A stretch of 24,834 nucleotides of DNA, from IMG/VR virus record IMGVR_UViG_3300032331_003338, one strand, 5' to 3'. Positions 1 to 7,976 of this stretch are shown in pieces (position 1 is the first letter of the stretch; each line of letters opens with the position of its first letter). Source of the stretch: an uncultured virus (IMG/VR IMGVR_UViG_3300032331_003338) (taxonomy: Duplodnaviria > Heunggongvirae > Uroviricota > Caudoviricetes). The notes under the pieces were generated by a model that was given only the letters and a program-made list of their open reading frames with translations, was not told where the DNA came from and searched no databases. A program made the translations under genes and the position numbers.

Positions 1-414
1 TTCTCCGGACAAACACTTCAGGAAGTAGCTGATAAGTACAACTTGACTCGTCAACGAGTTCAGCAAATCGTCAAGAAGATGGGGCCATCTCGTCCCCGCG
101 TTTCGAACGGCGGTCGACATCGTAAGTTTGATTACAAGGTCATCGCTCAGTATGTGGAAGAGAACAAGTCGACGGTTCATGCGACGGCCAATCACTTTGG
201 CTGCTCTATTACCACCATCATGAATGCTCTGTATGCCGAAGGAATCGAGCCGACCAAGAAGCAGAGGTTTACCTCGCTGGTCGTTCAGGACATCGTGACC
301 CGCTATCTTGCCGGCGAAAAGCTTCGCGTCATCGGCGAGTCATACAATACAAGTGCTCAGTACATCAACACTGTGCTGCGCCGTGCCGGAGCTGTTGCCA
401 AGCGTCGTAAGTAA
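1..414 (+). CDS. Multi-HTH DNA-binding protein (5' partial)
   Basis: Frame is open from base 1: TLQEVADKYNLTRQRVQQI is a sigma70 region-4-like HTH; further HTH-like repeats TVHATANHFGCSITTI and KLRVIGESYNTSAQYI. Confidence 0.7.
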   Translation, partial: FSGQTLQEVADKYNLTRQRVQQIVKKMGPSRPRVSNGGRHRKFDYKVIAQYVEENKSTVHATANHFGCSITTIMNALYAEGIEPTKKQRFTSLVVQDIVTRYLAGEKLRVIGESYNTSAQYINTVLRRAGAVAKRRK

Positions 415-684
415 ATGGAAGAGCAGCAGAAGCCACTCATCACTGCGGAAGACGCTAAGGCCTTTACGAAGTATCGCAAGGCCTATGAGCGGCATGCTGG
501 GTATTGTCGCAGGGTTCGTCAGTACGCGAGAATGAATCGGGCGTTTCTTCTCAGTGCTGGATGGCTAGACTGGGCGTTCGAAGAAGCCGGTAAGCCGTTC
601 ATTTACGAAAGTCGATTGCCAGTGTGGACAGAGGAGCAGCTCTTTGCCCTCCAATCTGAGTACGACAGGAAGCAACAGAGATGA
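415..684 (+). CDS. Hypothetical protein
   Basis: ATG directly follows the upstream stop; 89 aa. Confidence 0.6.
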   Translation: MEEQQKPLITAEDAKAFTKYRKAYERHAGYCRRVRQYARMNRAFLLSAGWLDWAFEEAGKPFIYESRLPVWTEEQLFALQSEYDRKQQR

Positions 685-694
685 AAATAGGGGC

Positions 695-724
695 TTGACA
701 GGCCGTCGGCGGGGCTGCTAGTGT
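695..724 (+). promoter_or_regulatory. Sigma70-type promoter
   Basis: GGGGC-TTGACA-18 nt-TAGTGT with extended TG. Confidence 0.7.
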
Positions 725-766
725 GGCCTTGCCGATACTTGTCGGTAGGAAGTGTTAGGAGGAAGT

Positions 767-1216
767 ATGGGATACGACATCTTTTCGCTGCTGCCCAATC
801 GTGAGGCTGCGGCCGAGCACGCCAAGAAGTATCGCTCAATGTGGATTGAGCCAGACGGCTCGTATGCTGAGAAGGCTCCCGATACGCTCTATTTCCGGCT
901 GAACATTTGGGGTATGCCAATGCTCCGAGAGTTCCACGAGGCTATCGGATTCGATGAAGTCAATGAGTGCCTCTACGACAATAGCGGCGATGTCATCAAG
1001 AGCTACCAGTGCCGAGGCCTATCAGAAATGATTGCCAAGATGAGCGACGATGAGATCATTGCCGAAATGAGCGTCATCATCAAGGGGAACGCATACGCCT
1101 CCGACGCAGACAAGGCTGACCCTTCCGAGGAGGCCAAGAGTTGGCTAGGCCTTATCCGAGAGTGGCAAGACTTCCTTGCTGCGTGCGCCGAACTGAAAGG
1201 GTGCGAAGTCCTATGA
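767..1216 (+). CDS. Hypothetical protein
   Basis: AGGAGGAAGT-ATG at 767, in frame with ORF 752..1216. Confidence 0.75.
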   Translation: MGYDIFSLLPNREAAAEHAKKYRSMWIEPDGSYAEKAPDTLYFRLNIWGMPMLREFHEAIGFDEVNECLYDNSGDVIKSYQCRGLSEMIAKMSDDEIIAEMSVIIKGNAYASDADKADPSEEAKSWLGLIREWQDFLAACAELKGCEVL

Positions 1217-1299
1217 TCGAAGTATTCTGGGGCGCAATCATCGGGCTGTGCCTATTGACGCTATCATTAGTTAGCGAGCGTAAGGAGGAGGAAGTATGA
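1213..1299 (+). CDS. 28-aa membrane micro-protein (not in ORF track)
   Basis: MIEVFWGAIIGLCLLTLSLVSERKEEEV; ATGA overlaps with both neighbours. Confidence 0.6.
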   Translation: MIEVFWGAIIGLCLLTLSLVSERKEEEV

Positions 1300-1565
1300 G
1301 GGACTTGACTATCACCTATCACCGAGACCCCGGCCACGGATGGTTTGAGGTCAAGCGTGAGCTGCTGGCCACGCTAGGGATTCAGCATCTCATCACTACA
1401 TTCTCGTTTGAGAAAGGTGATCGAGTATTCCTAGAAGAAGATCAGGACGCTGGCGTATTGGTGCGCTCGCTTGGGGAGCTTGGTATCAAGTACTCCACCG
1501 TGCCGCTCCACACCGATAACGACCATTGGATTAGGGGGCTTGACCGATACCAATACAAGCCCTAA
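1296..1565 (+). CDS. Conserved phage hypothetical protein (DPGHGW...LEEDxD motif)
   Basis: Strong RBS; motif pattern recalled from small phage/plasmid proteins. Confidence 0.75.
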   Translation: MRDLTITYHRDPGHGWFEVKRELLATLGIQHLITTFSFEKGDRVFLEEDQDAGVLVRSLGELGIKYSTVPLHTDNDHWIRGLDRYQYKP

Positions 1566-1568
1566 GAT
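1540..1568 (+). promoter_or_regulatory. Sigma70-type promoter
   Basis: GGGGC-TTGACC-17-TAAGAT, overlapping the upstream gene end. Confidence 0.7.
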
Positions 1569-1608
1569 TGCTTTGCGGCACTTGCCGTAGGGGAATAAGG
1601 AGGAAGCT

Positions 1609-1779
1609 ATGGATGAAGTATGGGGCAAGGAGGATGGCTACTGCGCTTGGTGCGTAGATACCCTCATCATCGGGCAACCGATCTGGGAGTATGGCGTAGA
1701 CTCTCAGGGGGATAGCGTCAAGTACGCTTGCTGTACCAAGTGCGCAGCAGATAGAGAAGTAGAGGAGGAAGCTAGATGA
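1609..1779 (+). CDS. 56-aa zinc-finger micro-protein (not in ORF track)
   Basis: AAGGAGGAAGCT-ATG; CAWC...CTKC; ATGA overlap with next gene. Confidence 0.7.
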   Translation: MDEVWGKEDGYCAWCVDTLIIGQPIWEYGVDSQGDSVKYACCTKCAADREVEEEAR

Positions 1780-2120
1780 GAAAGTACATTGACTTCTGGG
1801 ATAACCTAGACGACTTGTTGCTTCGACTTCATACCGACACGGAGGCCTATGTGATGGGGCCAGAGAAGCTTGGCCGGTGGTGCTGTAATACTTGTTCTGG
1901 TGCGGAGATCAGCTTGATGGCTGAATCCGATAATGTTAGCGATCCTATTATGTTTTACTATCACGACCAGAATAGGGACGACGACGTAGACGAGTGCCAT
2001 CTGGGATGGTCAGGCGGCCAGCGCGCACTCGACCTCATCAAGCACTATTGCGAGTATTACGCATTGGTGTTAGAGTTGCCTGAGAACGAGAGCAAAAAGA
2101 TTCTCGTCAAGTATCAGTAG
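1776..2120 (+). CDS. Hypothetical protein
   Basis: GAGGAGG RBS, coupled start, CCxxC motif. Confidence 0.7.
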   Translation: MRKYIDFWDNLDDLLLRLHTDTEAYVMGPEKLGRWCCNTCSGAEISLMAESDNVSDPIMFYYHDQNRDDDVDECHLGWSGGQRALDLIKHYCEYYALVLELPENESKKILVKYQ

Positions 2121-2128
2121 GAGGAACA

Positions 2129-2599
2129 ATGGGATACTACGTTAGCGGTAGCGGGGATGTACGAATCGCCAAAGAGAAGTTGGAGGCCGCATACGAGGCC
2201 TTGATGAAGCTCAACGATGTTCCTAGCGAAGCAAAGAACGGAGGGTCGTTTGGCGGAGGAGGCCGTACGGCCTCGTGGTTCTCTTGGATGCCAGAAGACC
2301 TCACGACGCTACCGGACGCTAAGGCCGTATTCGATCGTCTTGGTTTTGATACCAAGTATGAGGATGATGGCGGCTTGTTGGTGATGTCGTACGACAACAA
2401 GACAGGACAAGAGGGTGTGTTCTTTGCCGCAGTAGCTCCGTTCATCACGGTCGAGAGCGAGTTCTATTGGACAGGTGAGGATGGTATCCAATACAAGTGG
2501 GAGTTCAGGGATGGCAAGATGATCTGGCTTGATGGTCAGGTGATCTACGCGCACGCGAGGCCATACGGATTGGAGCAAGCCCTTCGTGAGTATGCTTGA
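2129..2599 (+). CDS. Hypothetical phage protein
   Basis: AGGAGGAACA-ATG; 156 aa. Confidence 0.75.
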   Translation: MGYYVSGSGDVRIAKEKLEAAYEALMKLNDVPSEAKNGGSFGGGGRTASWFSWMPEDLTTLPDAKAVFDRLGFDTKYEDDGGLLVMSYDNKTGQEGVFFAAVAPFITVESEFYWTGEDGIQYKWEFRDGKMIWLDGQVIYAHARPYGLEQALREYA

Positions 2600-2624
2600 C
2601 GCGGACTAACAAGTCTGCGACAAT
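2596..2624 (+). promoter_or_regulatory. Sigma70-type promoter
   Basis: TTGACG-17-GACAAT with extended TG. Confidence 0.6.
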
Positions 2625-2685
2625 GCGTAAAGAGAGTTCATCGTTGGCGCAGCCGACGGCTCTCAGCAACAGGAGGAAACGAACA

Positions 2686-3192
2686 ATGAGGAAGCGTAAG
2701 GGAAACTCTATTGCCGAGTCTGGCTTGTGGAACGCCTACGAGTACAAGATGGAGCGCACAATGATTAGCGACAAGGCCGCGTCTATTCGCGTGGAATCGC
2801 CGCGTGAGTTGGCAAGCGTGTTCCGTGAGTTTGCCGATAAGGAGATGAGCGAATCGCTGTTCGTCGTATCGGTTGGCGGCAGGAACAATGTGCTTGGTAT
2901 CCACCGAATCTATCAGGGGACGGCAGTAGGGACTTCGGTTTCTATCGGAGAGATTCTCCGCTCCGCACTTCTGATGGGGGCGGTAGGATTCGCACTCGTT
3001 CACAATCACCCTTCTGGCGATGAGGTAGCGTCAGACGAGGATGTGAACCTTACGAGAGATGTTGAGTTGGGAGCCAAGTTGATGGACTTGATTTTTCTTG
3101 ACCACATTGTCGTAGGTGGTGGGGGTTCGTTTACTTCCATCAGGTCGCAGAAGCCAGACCTGTTCTTGCGGCCAGCCGACAAGAGCAACTAA
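2686..3192 (+). CDS. radC: RadC-like JAB/MPN domain protein
   Basis: E...HNHPSGD..S..D...DH JAB motif; start at ATG 2686 after AGGAGG. Confidence 0.9.
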   Translation: MRKRKGNSIAESGLWNAYEYKMERTMISDKAASIRVESPRELASVFREFADKEMSESLFVVSVGGRNNVLGIHRIYQGTAVGTSVSIGEILRSALLMGAVGFALVHNHPSGDEVASDEDVNLTRDVELGAKLMDLIFLDHIVVGGGGSFTSIRSQKPDLFLRPADKSN

Positions 3193-3202
3193 ATACGTCG
3201 GG

Positions 3203-3272
3203 TCGGTGGTTCCTCCCACCTTCTCGGCCTAACGCCCCTTCGGTGGTTCCTCCCACCGGAGGGGTTCTCTTT
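3203..3272 (+). terminator. Tandem hairpins with an 18-bp direct repeat, ending in an intrinsic terminator
   Basis: TCGGTGGTTCCTCCCACC at 3203-3220 and 3240-3257; second copy lies within a CCCCT...AGGGG stem followed by TTCTCTTT. Confidence 0.7.
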
Positions 3273-3384
3273 GCCCGCAGCTCTATTCGACCTCCTGGCC
3301 ACGCCCGCATAGTTTAGATTCCTTATCATTACCTTATCCAAATATTACTTGACTAGGTGATACCCCATACCCCATAATGGACTG

Positions 3385-3610
3385 ACTACCGGAGCCGCGG
3401 CTCAATGGTAGAGGTGGAGCGTTAGACGAGAGAGCAGTTGCCCCGACCATATTGGGGGAAAGAGATTCATGCGAGGCGACAGCGCCGCTGCTGAAATGGC
3501 GGGGTTGTAGGAACGGAATACCGGACATCAGGGAAGGCCTCCCTAGTGGCTAGGACTCTCGACCGATCAGGAGGTCTGGTGAGCGACGGCTCGTCAGGCC
3601 TCCTTCTCTA
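3385..3610 (+). ncRNA. Putative structured non-coding RNA 1
   Basis: No credible ORF; possible promoter TTGACT-18-CATAAT (3349-3378); stems with G-U pairs; multi-hairpin junction at 3531-3605. Confidence 0.4.
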
Positions 3611-3637
3611 TGTCGTAGGAGCTTTGAGAATAGGGGC

Positions 3638-3666
3638 TTGACGGCCGGCAAATGTTCGTTTAGGAT
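3638..3666 (+). promoter_or_regulatory. Sigma70-type promoter upstream of the non-coding segment
   Basis: GGGGC-TTGACG-17-TAGGAT. Confidence 0.75.
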
Positions 3667-3671
3667 CATCA

Positions 3672-3910
3672 AACGAGCCGCTCTGGTGCCGCTGTGAAAG
3701 TAGCGGGCTTATGGGGCTGCGGCTGGTTGGTAGTTGTAGACAAACTACCCGCGACGATAAGGACGAGCTGTGGGGGTGCCTAACCGACACCTACGCCGTT
3801 CGCAAGAGGCAGCCGGAAGGTGAAGCCTCTCCTCGCAAGAGGATAAGCGTCAAAGGCAGCGAAATGCTTGGGGGGTCGGCCAGATGTGGTGTCTGATCGG
3901 CTCCCCTTCA
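3672..3910 (+). ncRNA. Putative structured non-coding RNA 2
   Basis: Own promoter, no RBS-led ORF; hairpins CCGCTG-TGAAAG-TAGCGG, GGTAGTT..AACTACC, TCCTC-GCAA-GAGGA; long 3' stem at 3870-3906. Confidence 0.55.
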
Positions 3911-3913
3911 CAC

Positions 3914-3942
3914 TTGACGGCGCGAATCGTTAGGTGTAGTTT
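3914..3942 (+). promoter_or_regulatory. Sigma70-type promoter
   Basis: TTGACG-17-TAGTTT. Confidence 0.7.
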
Positions 3943-3983
3943 AGTGATGTCGGGAGTTCCCGATGGATAGCACAGGAGGAAGT

Positions 3984-4265
3984 ATGGACGAGCAGACGAC
4001 TATCGAACACATTGAGGAGTGTGAGTCCAGCTTGGGCGCACCACACGGCACGCCGAAGCTCCGCACCTACAAGTATGGCTGGAACGGCTACGAGAACGCC
4101 TATGAGGGTTCCGAGTGGCTGTGCGATGATTGCTATGAAGCGATGAGTCAGGTTGATGGAGCCGATGAGGTCGTCGCGTATGTATGCTTTGAGTGCGGTA
4201 AAGTTGCGGTCGGTGAGGCGGCCGCTTTGTGCCGCGAGTGCGAGAAGGAGGTGTTTGGTGAGTAG
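3984..4265 (+). CDS. Zn-finger (multiple CxxC) protein
   Basis: GCACAGGAGGAAGT-ATG; CDDC, CFEC, CREC. Confidence 0.7.
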   Translation: MDEQTTIEHIEECESSLGAPHGTPKLRTYKYGWNGYENAYEGSEWLCDDCYEAMSQVDGADEVVAYVCFECGKVAVGEAAALCRECEKEVFGE

Positions 4266-4608
4266 GCAAGACGCGGCTTTCTTTACGCACACGCACGACG
4301 CAGAGGTTCTGTGGAGGCCAGAGGGCAGCAACCCAAAGGAAGTGCGCGTGTACCGAAATGGTGAAATGAGAATCAACTACACGGAGCCGTCAGGTGAAAA
4401 CGTAGTCCTTCGGTATACAGATGACCTAGACGGAAAGGGACTTGATACCGACGAGAAGCTGCGCGCAGCAGAGGAGTCTGGCCTGATCGAGTGGATAAAT
4501 AACGCTTGGTTTGAGGTTGCGTGGGTTGATAATGAGGACGGAGAGATTGTTGATGGAATAGATGAGGCCATTGAGTATGCCAAGAAACTATTGGAGGAGG
4601 AAGTATGA
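4258..4608 (+). CDS. Hypothetical acidic protein
   Basis: AAGGAGG-6-GTG at 4258, in frame with ORF 4153..4608. Confidence 0.7.
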   Translation: MSRQDAAFFTHTHDAEVLWRPEGSNPKEVRVYRNGEMRINYTEPSGENVVLRYTDDLDGKGLDTDEKLRAAEESGLIEWINNAWFEVAWVDNEDGEIVDGIDEAIEYAKKLLEEEV

Positions 4609-4757
4609 GTAGGAACGCTTGTATCTGGTGCGGAACTGAGGTTGAGGACGACCGGCAGTACGAGTTTGCTATCTGTGGTGAGTGCTATGCTGACGCGGCA
4701 CACGCTTCACAGGCCGAAGTAAGGATTGAGGAGATGAGAGATAATGGCGACATTTAG
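4605..4757 (+). CDS. 50-aa zinc-finger micro-protein (not in ORF track)
   Basis: GGAGGAAGT-ATG; CIWC...CGEC. Confidence 0.7.
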   Translation: MSRNACIWCGTEVEDDRQYEFAICGECYADAAHASQAEVRIEEMRDNGDI

Positions 4758-4971
4758 TTTCTACGAGTTCACGGAGGAGGAGGTCATCGGCTTTGTTCGC
4801 GCCCTAGTGCGTGGCGGGGACTTTGCTATTGGGCTTCCGTCAGACGAGGCCATAGATCGCGCACTCGACATCATTGACGAGCCGCATAAATGGTCGCGTG
4901 AGATGACGGCGTGGCGAGCTTCTGGTTCGCCAGAGGCCTATATCTACCAGCCAGAGGCCTTGACGGACTAG
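4744..4971 (+). CDS. Hypothetical protein
   Basis: Overlaps the previous gene; GAGGAG upstream. Confidence 0.6.
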   Translation: MATFSFYEFTEEEVIGFVRALVRGGDFAIGLPSDEAIDRALDIIDEPHKWSREMTAWRASGSPEAYIYQPEALTD

Positions 4972-4988
4972 TCTGGTGGCTGTAAGGT
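4960..4988 (+). promoter_or_regulatory. Sigma70-type promoter
   Basis: TTGACG-17-TAAGGT. Confidence 0.65.
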
Positions 4989-5031
4989 GATGGTATCGGG
5001 GCTTCCCGATAAACGTAGAGAGGAGTACGAG

Positions 5032-5274
5032 ATGGACGAAGGGTTTGAGCAGTCGGTCGAGATTCCGTTCAGCAAGTTCTATGTTGCGGTTGCGCGCAGG
5101 GTTGAGTCCAAGTGCGGCATGACTCCTGACGACCTACCGGACATTGACTTCCGAGCGTTCTATTTGGAGCGCGGCACGATTGAGGAGTATCGAGCAGCAA
5201 TCGCGGAGTGCGTGTACGCCGTGCTGGAAGGCGCAGGATACCCCTTCTCTGATGAGGACGAGTACTACTCATGA
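5032..5274 (+). CDS. Hypothetical protein
   Basis: GAGGAG-ATG at 5032, in frame with ORF 4987..5274. Confidence 0.7.
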   Translation: MDEGFEQSVEIPFSKFYVAVARRVESKCGMTPDDLPDIDFRAFYLERGTIEEYRAAIAECVYAVLEGAGYPFSDEDEYYS

Positions 5275-5483
5275 CTTCGATTTCTGGAAAGAGTGGCCGC
5301 TCGTGGAGTCAGTTCTCAGCTCGTACAAAGGCCGAGTACCTTCGGGAGTCGGCAGCGTGGGAGCGTGAGCAGCGGCGTAGGCTATACATCAAGGGTGCGG
5401 TAGTAGCGGTTGCGTTTGCGGCCTTCGTACTCTTGGTGCTAGGATTCGGCGGCACGACCGATTTCGTGCCAGATATGAGATAG
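5271..5483 (+). CDS. Small single-pass membrane protein
   Basis: ATGA coupling; hydrophobic GAVVAVAFAAFVLLVLGF. Confidence 0.65.
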   Translation: MTSISGKSGRSWSQFSARTKAEYLRESAAWEREQRRRLYIKGAVVAVAFAAFVLLVLGFGGTTDFVPDMR

Positions 5484-5491
5484 GAGGAACT

Positions 5492-5758
5492 ATGCGAGGC
5501 GAGGAACTATACGAACTTAGGGACGCTGGCTATCTGAAAGTCGAGCTGCGCGAAGGCCTGTGGGTCGCCCTGATGAGTGAGGACGGCGTGAACTTCGGCG
5601 GTACGCTCTGGAAGCAGTCGGCCTCTGATGGGTTCCACTATTCCGAGGGCTGTACTGCCGGCTATCCTGTGTTTGGATTCGGTATGACTTCGGAGGAGGC
5701 CGCTCGACAGGTGGCCTTGTATATCGCTATGGAGTCGGGCGCTGAGGCCTTGCTCTAA
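5492..5758 (+). CDS. Hypothetical protein
   Basis: AGGAGGAACT-ATG. Confidence 0.7.
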   Translation: MRGEELYELRDAGYLKVELREGLWVALMSEDGVNFGGTLWKQSASDGFHYSEGCTAGYPVFGFGMTSEEAARQVALYIAMESGAEALL

Positions 5759-5761
5759 CGC

Positions 5762-5790
5762 TTGACGCGCAGAACGTAGTCGGCTATTGT
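5762..5790 (+). promoter_or_regulatory. Sigma70-type promoter
   Basis: TTGACG-17-TATTGT. Confidence 0.7.
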
Positions 5791-5831
5791 TCATGAGTCG
5801 GGACTTCCCGATCTAGCACAAGGAGGAGCAC

Positions 5832-6197
5832 ATGAGCGGGTACGCAGTAAAGGTTGAGTCGGGCAAGGTGTCCGTAGTAGATCGCGGCGAAGGCCTCTCT
5901 GGCCTATACGCTGCGACCGATTGCCAGATGATCGAGATAGCAGCCACCGGAAAGATCGCTGGCGTTCCTGTTGCGATTGTCTGCGACGAGGAAGGCCTCC
6001 TGAAGTCCGAGCCAAAAATGAACCTGACCGCGTGTGATGTTGTCGCAGTAGCAACTGAGAGCGCACCGATGTATCTATTCGGCGGCGGCCTTGCTGGTAC
6101 GGTGTCGATCGTTCACGACGACCAGCTCCGCGGGTTCACCGCTGACGAGCGCGACAAGATCGTCGGCATACTCCAAGATGGCGGCTTCCCGATGTAG
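5832..6197 (+). CDS. DUF3846-like protein
   Basis: LY...DC..IE....IVCDEEGLLK...N..A pattern. Confidence 0.6.
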   Translation: MSGYAVKVESGKVSVVDRGEGLSGLYAATDCQMIEIAATGKIAGVPVAIVCDEEGLLKSEPKMNLTACDVVAVATESAPMYLFGGGLAGTVSIVHDDQLRGFTADERDKIVGILQDGGFPM

Positions 6198-6218
6198 TCG
6201 GGGCTGCTCAATGTCTAC

Positions 6219-6256
6219 GAGGCCGTCGGTGTCTGTGCCACCGGCGGTCTCACTTT
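6219..6256 (+). terminator. Terminator-like hairpin with TCTGTGC loop
   Basis: GAGGCCGTCGGTG-TCTGTGC-CACCGGCGGTCTC. Confidence 0.65.
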
Positions 6257-6378
6257 ATCCGCTCATCATTAGGACATCATTATCAGGCCGCTATTATCAG
6301 ACCCCCTACCATAGCCCCCCCCCATACCCCACACCCCATCGCTACCGGTAGGCCGTGCGCTAGGTCGAAACTAGGGGC

Positions 6379-6406
6379 TTGACTTCCGACGCAGACCTGC
6401 TACCTT
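6379..6406 (+). promoter_or_regulatory. Sigma70-type promoter
   Basis: GGGGC-TTGACT-16-TACCTT with extended TG. Confidence 0.65.
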
Positions 6407-6453
6407 CTATGAGTTGGCACTTGCTAACAGCACAGGCACAGGAGGAGGAACAG

Positions 6454-6885
6454 ATGAAAGACCTGACGACACCAGCGCAGAAGTGGCTGCGGGAGTTTCT
6501 CGGAACACAGGCCGTAGGGACTTGCCCTACTTGCCGACAGGCTCTACCAGAAGGCTCGTGCTTTCGGGCGTTCGTTCGCTACGGCGACGGCGATGACCTT
6601 GTGGCCTACACCAAGACTCGCGGTGAGGCTCTGGCCGTCCTGATCGGTTGGCGCGATGACGAGTGTGGCGATTCGTTCTGGGCTGATCGAGCGGAGACCT
6701 GGGAGAGCCTGAGCGTCGCGCAAGCGGTTGCTTTGGAGCACGCACCGGCCGCTCTGGTCGTTGCTGCCAATGCTGACGATAAGGCCTACGATGAACTCTT
6801 GGCCGCAGTCGAGTATGACTTCATCGGGACGCCAATGGTCGGCGCTGTCTGGGTAGACGATCTTACGGCCTACTCGGGCAAGTAG
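6454..6885 (+). CDS. Hypothetical protein with CPTC motif
   Basis: GCACAGGAGGAGG RBS, ATG 6454. Confidence 0.7.
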   Translation: MKDLTTPAQKWLREFLGTQAVGTCPTCRQALPEGSCFRAFVRYGDGDDLVAYTKTRGEALAVLIGWRDDECGDSFWADRAETWESLSVAQAVALEHAPAALVVAANADDKAYDELLAAVEYDFIGTPMVGAVWVDDLTAYSGK

Positions 6886-6902
6886 TCGTCTCCGTTTTCT
6901 AC

Positions 6903-6943
6903 GAGGCCACTCTCCATCTGTGCGGAGGGTGGCCTCTCTCTTT
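6903..6943 (+). terminator. Intrinsic terminator with ATCTGTGC loop
   Basis: GAGGCCACTCTCC-ATCTGTGC-GGAGGGTGGCCTC-TCTCTTT. Confidence 0.75.
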
Positions 6944-7070
6944 GCCTCCAGCTTCACGCGGTCATCATTAGGCCGTCATTATGCTCCCGCTATTACGAGA
7001 CCCCATACCCCATTTCCCCAGACCCCCAGACCCCAGCGTTGCGCGCTCCGCAACACTCGCCACAGGGGGC

Positions 7071-7099
7071 TTGACTTCTGGGCTTGGTGGCTCTACCTT
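7071..7099 (+). promoter_or_regulatory. Sigma70-type promoter
   Basis: GGGGC-TTGACT-17-TACCTT. Confidence 0.7.
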
Positions 7100-7149
7100 G
7101 TAAGAGTCAAGCGGCTTTGCTCCGCAGGACGAGCACAGAGGAGGACACG

Positions 7150-7611
7150 ATGAAGGGTATGACCTACGAGAAGGCACGCGAGGCGTGCCAGAAGGCCGGC
7201 GGTATGTTCGCCGTGTGGACGGCGTGGTCTGCGCCAACCACTCCAAAGCAGTTCGATACTCGCAAGAAGGACGCTGCTAGCCGTGAGGCCACGCACCGCG
7301 CCATTGGTCGAGTCCAGACTTCGGGCGAGCAGATCGTAGACGACAAGGGGCGCGTATCGTTCCTGTTCCGCGCTGCTGGCCAGATCAACCGCGACATACA
7401 CCCAGAGGGCGTGTACCTGACGAAGGCTGGCGATCCGATGGTGGACATCGTGATCTCCGCTCCTACGGAGTACGGCTACACGACGGCCTGTAAGTATTCG
7501 GGAGTGGTCGGCTCTGCCTGTGAGCACCGCCGTCCGTTCCACGCGCACCGCACCATCAACCTCACACGGCTCGTGTCGTGGCTCATCGCAGGAGAGGAGC
7601 AGGTCGGGTAG
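7150..7611 (+). CDS. Hypothetical protein, paralog A of 11980..12432
   Basis: GCACAGAGGAGG RBS; shares long motif blocks with paralog B. Confidence 0.85.
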   Translation: MKGMTYEKAREACQKAGGMFAVWTAWSAPTTPKQFDTRKKDAASREATHRAIGRVQTSGEQIVDDKGRVSFLFRAAGQINRDIHPEGVYLTKAGDPMVDIVISAPTEYGYTTACKYSGVVGSACEHRRPFHAHRTINLTRLVSWLIAGEEQVG

Positions 7612-7631
7612 GTTCGGCCTCTCCACTTCGA

Positions 7632-7672
7632 GCGCACCTCGTCGGGCTTCGGCTCGGCGGGGTGTGTTTTTT
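7632..7672 (+). terminator. Intrinsic terminator (cUUCGg loop)
   Basis: GC-rich stem, CTTCGG loop, T6 tract. Confidence 0.85.
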
Positions 7673-7899
7673 GTAAAAGCTTTACGCGGTCATCATTAGC
7701 GCGCTATTAGATCGACCCCCTACCCCGACCCCCTGCCCCCACTCCCCCCTGCTATTGGTTCGGCTTCCTGTTCTGTCGAGCTGCTATTCATCAGGTCATC
7801 ATTAGGCGGCTATTACTTGACCCCCCATACAATCCCCACTCCCCCCTTACCCCATTGTTGGCTCGGTCGAGTGCTACCGCTCTGGCTCGTCCTGAGGGC

Positions 7900-7928
7900 T
7901 TGACGCATTGACCACTGCCGGTAATACT
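7900..7928 (+). promoter_or_regulatory. Sigma70-type promoter
   Basis: GGGC-TTGACG-17-AATACT. Confidence 0.55.
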
Positions 7929-7976
7929 TGACTGGTCGGGTGGCTATGATCCGCTCGGCTAGCACAGGAGGTCTCT

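Noticed and set aside
3391..3465. tRNA gene (GGAGCCG..GCTCAATGGTAGAG resembles an acceptor plus D-arm)
   Set aside because: No anticodon stem, no T-arm GTTCRA and no matching 3' acceptor strand.
3535..3601. Hammerhead ribozyme on the minus strand (CTGACGA)
   Set aside because: The required GAAA after stem II is absent.
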